Part shown: piece by piece, positions 17,602-28,304 of the stretch
Layout: each line of letters starts with the position of its first letter
Numbering within the stretch: position 1 is the first letter of the stretch
Source of the DNA: Ectothiorhodospiraceae bacterium WFHF3C12
Lineage (GTDB): Bacteria; Pseudomonadota; Gammaproteobacteria; Nitrococcales; Nitrococcaceae
Length of the DNA stretch: 32,000 nt
Reading direction: 5' to 3'
Assembly: GCA_013519935.1 (NCBI GenBank)
Contig: JACDUA010000001.1
Coordinates: 91,982-123,981, forward strand
The notes under the pieces: model-generated
What the model was told of the DNA's origin: nothing
Database searches by the model: none
The model's input: only the letters and a program-made list of their open reading frames with translations
Position numbers and translations under genes: made by a program

Positions 17602-18981
17602 TCATTCCGCCCAGAACGCACCCTCGCCGCCTCGCGGCTGGAACCACCCGAGACGTTCGCGCAGCCGTACGACCTCACCGACGATCACCAGCGTCGGCGC
17701 CCGCAGCCTGGCTTCGCCGGCCAGTCGCTCCAGGTTGTCCAGTTCTCCGGACACGACCCGCTGATTGCGCGTCGTGCCCTGTTGGACCAGGGCCGCGGGC
17801 GTCTGCGGCGACAGCCCGTGAGCGATCAACCCCTCCACCAGGGCGCGCAAGCCCGTCAACCCCATGTAGAAGACGATGGTTTGCGCCGGCCGCACCAGTC
17901 CCTCGAAGTCGATCTGCAGGCTGCCGTCGCCGCGGCGGTGTCCGGTGGTGAATACGCAGGACTGGGCGTGGTCCCGGTGGGTCAGTGGAATGCCCGCATA
18001 GGCCGCGCAGCCGCTCGCGGCCGTCACCCCGGGCACGACCTCGAAGCGGATGCCGCGCTCCATGAGCTGGTCGATTTCCTCGCCCCCGCGACCGAAGATG
18101 AACGGATCCCCGCCCTTGAGCCGCACCACCTTGCGGCCCTCGCCGGCGAAGCGCACCAGCATCTGGTTGATGGTCTCCTGGGGCACCGCGTGGTGCTGCC
18201 GGCGCTTGCCGACATACACGTGTTCCGCCTCCGGCGGCGCGAGATCAAGAACCCCGGGGGCCACCAGACGGTCGTACAGGACCACGTCCGCCATCTGCAG
18301 CACGCGCTGGGCCCGGAGGGTCAACAGGTCGGGATCGCCCGGGCCGGCGCCCACCAGGTAGACGCAGCCGGTAACCGCCGCGTCCAGGGATATCAGCCGG
18401 TGCGCCAGATCTTCGTCGGCATCGGCGTCCTGGCCCGCCATGACGGCCTCGGCAACCCACCCCTCCAGCAGGTCCCGCCAGAATCGCTGCCGGGCCTCCA
18501 GCCCAGGGATCTCGCGGTCCACGGCGGCCCGGTGCCGGCTGACCCACGCCTGCAACCGCGCGTAGTTCGGCGGCAGGGCCCGGGCGAAGCGTCGCCAGAT
18601 GTCCTCCTGAATCGCTCGTCCGCCCCGCGCCGTTACCGCGATCATGCTCTCGGCCGCTTCAAAGCCCAGCCCGGGCCCCGGGTGTCCGGCGCCGCTTACC
18701 TCCGCCAGGTGGGCGGGGATACCCTGCTGACGGAGCGAGGCGGCCGTCCGGGTATCCGCCGCCTCGTCGCCGGTGGCAAGCAACACCAGCGCCGGCACCG
18801 GCTTCGTGATCTCCTCGACACTGGAAAGGCGTTCCGCGGCGATCCCGGCGTCCGCGAGGCTTGTGACCGCATCGATCGCCGCCGGTGCGTCGCCGACGAC
18901 GACGTAGCGCCCCGCCCCGGCATCGAGACGCACGGTCAGGGTCGGAACTGGCTGTCGGTTTCCCGGGCTTTCTGCGCTCAT
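17602..18981 (-). CDS. cysG: Siroheme synthase-like protein: conserved uroporphyrinogen-III C-methyltransferase domain with a divergent CysG-type N-domain
   Basis: The C-terminal ~250 aa are canonical SUMT (VYLVGAGPGDPDLLTL, VVRLKGGDPFIFGRGGEE, VVPGVTAASGCAAYAGIPLTHRD). The N-terminal ~200 aa align with the CysG dehydrogenase/chelatase domain (RQRFWRDLL versus E. coli RRRFWEKFF) but lack its glycine-rich motif. Confidence 0.85.
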   Translation of the reverse strand: MSAESPGNRQPVPTLTVRLDAGAGRYVVVGDAPAAIDAVTSLADAGIAAERLSSVEEITKPVPALVLLATGDEAADTRTAASLRQQGIPAHLAEVSGAGHPGPGLGFEAAESMIAVTARGGRAIQEDIWRRFARALPPNYARLQAWVSRHRAAVDREIPGLEARQRFWRDLLEGWVAEAVMAGQDADADEDLAHRLISLDAAVTGCVYLVGAGPGDPDLLTLRAQRVLQMADVVLYDRLVAPGVLDLAPPEAEHVYVGKRRQHHAVPQETINQMLVRFAGEGRKVVRLKGGDPFIFGRGGEEIDQLMERGIRFEVVPGVTAASGCAAYAGIPLTHRDHAQSCVFTTGHRRGDGSLQIDFEGLVRPAQTIVFYMGLTGLRALVEGLIAHGLSPQTPAALVQQGTTRNQRVVSGELDNLERLAGEARLRAPTLVIVGEVVRLRERLGWFQPRGGEGAFWAE

Positions 18982-18988
18982 GAGCGGG

Positions 18989-19252
18989 TTACTCAGGCCG
19001 TGCCGTCAAGGACCGGATGCCGATCAGCAATAACATACCCGCCAGCATTGACCCTGACAGCCCGTCCGGAACCCTGAAGCCCAACTGTCCCAAGGTAGAC
19101 CCCCACGCCGCGAGCCGACGCGAAGCGGGCCCGGGCCGCTCAGCCCGACGGTGAAGCCCGTCGTCAGCCACCCCAACGGGCAGCCCGGTCCCTCGGATAA
19201 CGCGCGTGGTGTCTCGCCGGCTCATGGTGGCGAGACTATATAGAGGCGTCAC
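18989..19252 (-). CDS. Hypothetical small protein or leader ORF upstream of cysG (doubtful)
   Basis: The 87-codon ORF (GTG start) ends 7 nt before the cysG ATG. It has one hydrophobic stretch (SMLAGMLLLIGI). I recognised no family, and it contains several rare codons. An 8-bp inverted repeat (19211-19236) encloses its internal ATG. Confidence 0.25.
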   Translation of the reverse strand: MTPLYSLATMSRRDTTRVIRGTGLPVGVADDGLHRRAERPGPASRRLAAWGSTLGQLGFRVPDGLSGSMLAGMLLLIGIRSLTARPE

Positions 19253-20293
<1,041 letters not shown>

Positions 20294-20299
20294 GGGGGG

Positions 20300-20901
20300 T
20301 ATTGCTTTTTTCGAGCTTCCTTTCTCCCGGATTCCGTTCCGGCCTCATCCCTGTCCTGACGCTCCGCACCTCCCTGGCGCATGGTCAGGTTCATTCCCTG
20401 AAAAACGGCTCTGTCCTTTCCCTGCCTTGCCGGGCGTCCTGCCGGCGTCGCGCGAATTCCGTCGCGCATGCCATCCCGGGCCAGTTCCTGGCGTGTGAAC
20501 TCCCTTCACACCCGCCGTCATCCCGACGGCGTTGTCCTTCCCGTCGGACGGCCGTGTTCCTCAAGCCGCCGATCTCAGCGCGCCGACCCGGTGAGGGTCT
20601 CTGATCCGGAGACCCACACACCTCCTGTGCCTTATCCCTGGGCCAGACTTCCAGTCGGGCTGATCCTCGCCCGGCGCGCTTCCCTTTTCCTGCGGCGCGC
20701 CTTCCGGGCGGCCGCGGAGATCGTTAGTATTTCCCGGTCCTTCGGACTGAAATCCCTTCGCTTACGACGCCGCTCCTTCGCGCCGGCCCGCCGTCCCTGA
20801 ACCATCCGCCCCCGAATCCTGTAGAGGGGGTGGGCATCCTTGCCCTCGCTGGGGACAGCGATTCCTTCCTTGATCCGTCCATGTCCTTGCGTCCGTGCTT
20901 G
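20300..20901 (-). ncRNA. Candidate large CsrB/RsmB-like RNA that sequesters CsrA/RsmA (boundaries approximate)
   Basis: The gap has no credible ORF. By manual count the minus strand carries about 40 GGA motifs, against about 8 on the + strand. Many sit in loops of short GC-clamped hairpins, for example GGGC-AAGGAU-GCCC at 20832-20845 and GUGUGAA-GGGAG-UUCACAC at 20493-20511. A perfect GacA-type palindrome and a plausible promoter lie just upstream. The 5' end is inferred from the -10 element. The 3' end is unresolved: a U5 run at 20405-20401 is one option, but motifs continue to about 20310. Confidence 0.65.
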
Positions 20902-20907
20902 GAAACA

Positions 20908-20936
20908 AGATTAGTGATTTCGGAGAGAGCCGTCAT
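20908..20936 (-). promoter_or_regulatory. Candidate sigma-70 promoter of the GGA-rich RNA
   Basis: The minus strand reads ATGACG (20936-20931), a 17-nt spacer, then TAATCT (20913-20908). This sits between the palindrome at 20957-20974 and the first GGA hairpins. Confidence 0.35.
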
Positions 20937-20956
20937 GGTCATCTTTCGGAAGGGCT

Positions 20957-20974
20957 TGTAAGCGAATTCTTACA
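20957..20974. promoter_or_regulatory. GacA/UvrY-type upstream activating sequence (TGTAAG-N6-CTTACA)
   Basis: The exact sequence TGTAAGCGAATTCTTACA is a perfect 18-bp palindrome. It matches the published Gac box consensus found upstream of rsmX/Y/Z and csrB genes. Confidence 0.65.
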
Positions 20975-21075
20975 TCTGCGTAGGGCGGGCGTGATCGGGC
21001 CACGGCCAAATGGCCTGAGGAAGGTCGGGGCCCGGTAACGCAACAGGGCAGATCACGGGCCGGGCCCAATGACGT

Positions 21076-23764
<2,689 letters not shown>

Positions 23765-23768
<4 letters not shown>

Positions 23769-24412
23769 CCCCCGCCCAGGCCCTCGCGGCCGACAACATC
23801 CACGCCCTCGGGGGGCTCGAAGCGAAAAAGGCCACTCTCCAGCGAGGGGTTCATGTCCAGCTCGCCCAGCTCGAGCACGGTGGTCTGGCCCAGGCTGTCC
23901 TGCAGCTCGAGCCGGTCCGGCGCACCTCCGGCCATATGGATGCGTACGGCATCGAACTGCCAGCTGCCGCCACGCCCCTGGAGCTCGACCCAGCCGGCTT
24001 CGTCGCCGCTCACGATGCGGAAATCGCGTTCCAGCTCCGCGAAGCTTCCGCTCAGCAGAAGGGCGGGGCCGGCACCCAGCATCTCGTCCATGGGCCGGAC
24101 GCTTACCTGCTCCAGCCCAACATCGTAGACCCAAAGGTCCTCGCCGTCGGCCACGATGATCTGCTGGTACGGCGACTCGTAGGTCCAGCGGAAACGGTCC
24201 GGACGCTGGATGGCCATGGTGCCGCTCGCCGATTCCAGCACCGCCCCTTCTTCATCCAGGGTCCGCTGCGTGAACGTCCCCCGCATGGCGTCCACGTCGA
24301 CGAAGAAGGCGCGGAACGCGGCCACGGCGCCGTCCGCGGGCTCGGCCGGGGCCGGGTTCGCCATGACGATCAGCAGGAGCAGGCCCGCCAGCATTGACGG
24401 CAACGGCTTCAT
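23765..24412 (-). CDS. lolA: Outer-membrane lipoprotein carrier protein LolA
   Basis: The ATG at 24412 (GGAG 6 nt upstream) gives the signal peptide MKPLPSMLAGLLLLIVMANPAPA. The LolA body follows (FTQRTLDEEG, PDRFRWTYESPYQQIIVADG). The stop overlaps the rarA start (ATGA). The order ftsK-lolA-rarA is conserved. Confidence 0.9.
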
Positions 24413-24425
24413 AACGGACTCCATG

Positions 24426-26750
24426 TCAGTCCTTGGGCGGCGGCGCGATGACTTCCCGGCCGCCGTTGGATTGGAGCGGCCCGACGATGCCGGCCGACTC
24501 CATCTCCTCGACCAGGCGGGCAGCACGGTTGTAGCCAATCTTCAGGCGACGTTGAACCCCGGAAATGGAGGCCTTGCGGGTTTCGGTCACGACGCGCACG
24601 GCCTGATCGTAAAGGGGATCGCTCTCCCCGTCCGCGCCGTCACCCTCGGTACCCAGCCCCGGGATGGCCGCGGAATCGCTACCCGGCTCCTGCAGCACCT
24701 CCTCGACGTAGTCCGGCTGCCCCGTCCCCTTGAGGTGCTCCGCCACGCGGTGCACCTCGGCGTCCGAGACGAACGCGCCGTGCACGCGTTCAGGCATCCC
24801 GCGGCTGCTCGGGCCCAGGTACAGCATATCGCCGTGGCCGAGCAGCGACTCGGCGCCCATCTGGTCGAGGATCGTGCGCGAGTCCACCTTCGAGGAGACC
24901 TGAAAGGCCATGCGCGTGGGAATGTTCGCCTTGATCAGGCCGGTGATGACGTCGACGGACGGCCGCTGGGTCGCCAGGATCAGGTGAATGCCCGAGGCGC
25001 GGGCCTTCTGGGCCAGCCGGGCGATAAGCTCCTCGACCTTCTTGCCCACCATCATCATCATGTCGGCGAACTCGTCCACCACCACGACGATGTACGGCAT
25101 CGGCTCCAGCTCCGGGGCGCTGGGCGCCTCGTCGATGAACGGCTCTTCCGGCGGCTTCCAGAGGGGATCCTTCAGGGGCTCGCCCCGGTTGCGCGCCTCC
25201 TCGATCTTGCGGTTGCAGCCCGAGATATTGCGCACCCCCAGCGCCGCCATCAGCCGGTAGCGGCGCTCCATCTCCGCCACGCACCAGCGCAGCGCATTGG
25301 CCGCCTCTTTCATGTCGGTGACCACGGGTGCCAACAGATGCGGGATATCGTCGTAGACCGAAAGCTCCAGCATCTTCGGGTCGATCATGATGAGCCGCAC
25401 GTCCGCCGGCTGATTCTTGTAGAGCATGCTCAGGATCATGGCGTTGACGCCCACCGACTTGCCCGAGCCGGTCGTGCCGGCCACGAGCAGATGCGGCATG
25501 CGCGCCAGATCCACCACCACGGGGTCGCCGCCGATGTCCTTGCCGATGGCCAGGCTCAACGGCGCGTTGGCCTTCTCGTACTGGCTGGAGCGGATGATCT
25601 CCGAGAAGGCGATGAGCTGCCGCCGTTCGTTGGGGATCTCCAGCCCCACCACCGACTTGCCGGGAATGACCTCCACGACGCGGACGCTGGTCACCGACAG
25701 CGCACGCGCCAGGTCCTTGGCCAGGTTGCTGATCTGGCTGACCTTCACCCCCGCCGCCGGCTGCAGCTCGAAGCGGGTGATGACCGGCCCGGGCTGCACC
25801 GCCACCACCTCCACCTCGACACCGAAGTCCCGCAGCTTCAGCTCCACCTGCCGGGACATGGCCTCCAGTGCCTCCTTGGAGTAGCCGCCCTGCTGCTCCG
25901 GCGGGCTGTCGAGCAACGTCACCGGCGGCGCCACGCCTGGCGCCGGATCCGTGAACAGGGGAATCTGCTCTTCCCTGGGCTTCTTCGGCTTCTCCTTCTC
26001 CGGGGGCGGTGCCTGGATTTGCGGCGGCTTCCGACCCTCGTTGCGGGTTTTCTCCCGGGCGCGTGCCTCGCTGCGCTCGCGCCGGGCACGCCGGCCCGCC
26101 CAGTAGTCCCGGAACTCGCCGGCCTTGCGCCCGCCATAGGCCACCAGGGCCAGCACGCCTCGCCCGGTCCAGTCCATGAGCTTGAGCCAGGACAGGCCCG
26201 TGAACAGCGTGATGCCGGCCAGGAACACCGCCAGGGACAACAGCGTCGCCCCCAGGAAATTGAAGGCCGCCCCCAGCGCCCCGGCGAGCACGGTGCCGAG
26301 CACGCCTCCGGAGGTGGCCGAAAGCGGGATGGTGCCCGGCACCGGCTCCACGTGGAGCGTCGCCAGGGTGCAACCGGCGATCACGGTGGCCACGAATCCC
26401 GCGAAACGCACCCCGAACACGGTCCAGTTGAATGCCTCCGCGCGCCGGTGCCAGCGATACGCCAGGAGCGCCAGCAGCACGATAAGAACCGGGAACAGAT
26501 AGGCCAGATACCCGAACAGGTAGAGTGCGATGTCGGCGAAATACGCCCCCGCCACACCGCCGACGTTGCGGATGAAATCGGCATTGGTGCTATAGCTCCA
26601 GCCGGGATCGGACTGGTCGTAGGTCACCAGCGCCAACAGCAGGAACGCCGCCACGGCGAGCAATACCCATAGCGCCGCCTCGCGAATCAGGCGCCCGGCC
26701 TGATTCACCAGCGGCGGGGATGCGGATGCAGTGTTATCGCTATTCGCCAC
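24426..26750 (-). CDS. ftsK: DNA translocase FtsK
   Basis: The 774-aa ORF has N-terminal TM segments and a Pro/Glu/Lys-rich linker. The motor domain has Walker A ([13 protein letters not shown]) and [13 protein letters not shown]. The C-terminal winged-helix gamma domain has [23 protein letters not shown]. It starts at a GTG. Confidence 0.95.
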   Translation of the reverse strand: MANSDNTASASPPLVNQAGRLIREAALWVLLAVAAFLLLALVTYDQSDPGWSYSTNADFIRNVGGVAGAYFADIALYLFGYLAYLFPVLIVLLALLAYRWHRRAEAFNWTVFGVRFAGFVATVIAGCTLATLHVEPVPGTIPLSATSGGVLGTVLAGALGAAFNFLGATLLSLAVFLAGITLFTGLSWLKLMDWTGRGVLALVAYGGRKAGEFRDYWAGRRARRERSEARAREKTRNEGRKPPQIQAPPPEKEKPKKPREEQIPLFTDPAPGVAPPVTLLDSPPEQQGGYSKEALEAMSRQVELKLRDFGVEVEVVAVQPGPVITRFELQPAAGVKVSQISNLAKDLARALSVTSVRVVEVIPGKSVVGLEIPNERRQLIAFSEIIRSSQYEKANAPLSLAIGKDIGGDPVVVDLARMPHLLVAGTTGSGKSVGVNAMILSMLYKNQPADVRLIMIDPKMLELSVYDDIPHLLAPVVTDMKEAANALRWCVAEMERRYRLMAALGVRNISGCNRKIEEARNRGEPLKDPLWKPPEEPFIDEAPSAPELEPMPYIVVVVDEFADMMMMVGKKVEELIARLAQKARASGIHLILATQRPSVDVITGLIKANIPTRMAFQVSSKVDSRTILDQMGAESLLGHGDMLYLGPSSRGMPERVHGAFVSDAEVHRVAEHLKGTGQPDYVEEVLQEPGSDSAAIPGLGTEGDGADGESDPLYDQAVRVVTETRKASISGVQRRLKIGYNRAARLVEEMESAGIVGPLQSNGGREVIAPPPKD

Positions 26751-26801
26751 GAGCCCGGGGATACACCTTACAAGCAGAGACAGGAGTTGCGCGTAACTTC
26801 T

Positions 26802-26819
26802 TTAATGAACGCACATTAA
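26802..26819. promoter_or_regulatory. Perfect palindrome TTAATG-N6-CATTAA upstream of ftsK (candidate operator)
   Basis: TTAATGAACGCACATTAA lies in the only AT-rich patch of the 410-bp divergent ftsK/DUF482 intergenic region. It begins about 50 bp upstream of the ftsK start. Confidence 0.3.
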
Positions 26820-27031
26820 TCGGGTATTCCATTACCATCAAGACCTCGCCGTCCCGGCGCCGTGCCGGGCCATTCGCCGCCTCCCTGAAGACAGGCCGGG
26901 CACCCGTCGGTTCCATACCCCCAAGTGAGCCCCCCATTTACCCGGCGGGGATGCGGGCATTAGGATTGAGCGCTCGCCGGGTACCGGCGCCATCCCGGCT
27001 TTCCGCGGCCCGCTCCGGAACGGCGGACCGC

Positions 27032-27149
27032 CCGGGAACGTCGGCCCGCAGTATACATGAGCCCGGCCTTGTCAGCCGTTCGCCAGGCCGCCGGGAACAC
27101 CGCTCGGCCCATATCGCTCTATTACTGCAGACGAAAGCAGCCCGGGAAC
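27032..27149 (+). repeat. Three direct copies of CCGGGAAC upstream of the DUF482 gene
   Basis: CCGGGAAC occurs at 27032-27039, 27091-27098 and 27142-27149, at spacings of 59 and 51 bp. The last copy is 13 nt before the predicted start codon. Confidence 0.3.
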
Positions 27150-27161
27150 CCCCTGTCCAAG

Positions 27162-28304
27162 ATGCACCTTCGCATTCACCATGCCATGTCGGAGATCCCC
27201 GCCGCGCGCTGGGATTCGCTCAACCGGGCCGACTACCCGTTTCACAGTCACGCCTTTCTCTCGGCACTGGAAAGCCACGGCGGCGTCGAACCGGACAACG
27301 GCTGGGCGCCCCACCACATGGCCCTCTACGACGACGCCGGTGCGCTCCTCGCCGGCGCGCCGGCGTATCTGAAGGGCCATTCCTGGGGTGAGTTCGTATT
27401 CGATTTCGCCTGGGCGGACGCCTATGAGCGGCATGGTCACGCGTACTACCCGAAAATGATCGGTGCCGTGCCTTTCAGCCCGGTAACCGGGCCTCGCGTG
27501 CTGCATGCCGACTCCCTGGACAGCGCAAGCGCGACACGCCAGCTCGGCCGTATCGCCCGGGAGATCGCCACCGACAACGCACTGAGCTCGATGCACTGGC
27601 TGTTCCCCCGGGAACCCCAGGCGGAGCACCTGCTGGCGGAGGACTATCTGCACCGCCTCGGCCTCCAGTATCACTGGCACAATCCCGGGTACGAGGGCTT
27701 CGAGGACTTCCTGGGCGCGCTGACTTCCAAGAAGCGCAAGAACATACGCCGCGAGCGCCGCCTGGTCCGCGACAGTGGCCTGAGCCTGGAGGTGCGGCAC
27801 GGGGATGAGGTATCCACCGAGGACTGGCACCGTTTCCATGCCTTCTACGAGGACACCTTCGCGCGACGGGGCAACATCCCGTTCCTCACGGCCGGGTTTT
27901 TCACTCGCGTGGGGCGGGCCCTGGGCTGGCGGGTGGTGCTGATTATCGCCCGCGAGCACGGTGAAATGGTCGCGGCGGCGCTGTGCTTTCGCGACCATGA
28001 CACCCTTTATGGCCGATACTGGGGCAGCCTGGGCTACGAGGACAGCCTGCATTTCGAGACCTGCTACTACCAGGGCATCGAGTACTGTATCGCTCACGGG
28101 CTGAAGCGCTTCGAGCCCGGTGCCCAGGGCGAGCACAAGATCCCGCGCGGCTTCCTCCCCGTCATCACCCATTCCTGCCACTGGATCACCGACGGGGGCT
28201 TTCGTGCCGCCATCGACGATTTTCTCGCCCGGGAACGCCCCGCCGTCGAACAGCGCGCAGCCCTGCTCGCCCGACACAGCCCCTACCGGAAGCCCGCGGA
28301 ATGA
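27162..28304 (+). CDS. DUF482 / FemAB-like GNAT-fold protein (PF04339)
   Basis: The ATG at 27162 gives MHLRIHHAMSEIPAARWDSLN...PFHSHAFLSALESHG. The C-terminal FEPGAQGEHKIPRGFLPVITHSCHWI matches the DUF482 signature as I recall it. The stop overlaps the aat start (ATGA). An alternative start is the ATG 8 codons downstream. Confidence 0.8.
   Translation: MHLRIHHAMSEIPAARWDSLNRADYPFHSHAFLSALESHGGVEPDNGWAPHHMALYDDAGALLAGAPAYLKGHSWGEFVFDFAWADAYERHGHAYYPKMIGAVPFSPVTGPRVLHADSLDSASATRQLGRIAREIATDNALSSMHWLFPREPQAEHLLAEDYLHRLGLQYHWHNPGYEGFEDFLGALTSKKRKNIRRERRLVRDSGLSLEVRHGDEVSTEDWHRFHAFYEDTFARRGNIPFLTAGFFTRVGRALGWRVVLIIAREHGEMVAAALCFRDHDTLYGRYWGSLGYEDSLHFETCYYQGIEYCIAHGLKRFEPGAQGEHKIPRGFLPVITHSCHWITDGGFRAAIDDFLARERPAVEQRAALLARHSPYRKPAE

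Noticed and set aside
17248-19077. 609-aa ORF on the + strand.
   Set aside because: It is antisense to the 5'-nucleotidase and cysG genes. Its composition is Arg/Pro/Gly-rich and no family is recognisable.
20724-20942. 72-aa ORF (MTMTALSEITNLVSKHGRKDMDG...) inside the cysB-serS gap.
   Set aside because: Its start overlaps the predicted -35 element of the GGA-rich RNA. Its Gly/Arg/Ser-rich sequence simply reflects translation of GGA/AGG repeats. It has no SD and no recognisable family. The RNA interpretation explains the region better.
20294-21075. Possibility that the gap encodes a known housekeeping RNA (RNase P RNA, tmRNA, 6S RNA, a riboswitch) or a degraded gene.
   Set aside because: I could not find the RNase P P4 signature (GAGGAAAGUCC...), a tRNA-like tmRNA terminus or tag ORF, or the 6S central-bubble architecture. 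There is no downstream gene on the minus strand for a riboswitch to control. No frame retains recognisable protein remnants.
24210-26672. 820-aa ORF on the + strand.
   Set aside because: It is antisense to ftsK. Its product is dominated by Arg/Gly/His/Leu/Asp runs with no motif, which marks it as a high-GC artefact.
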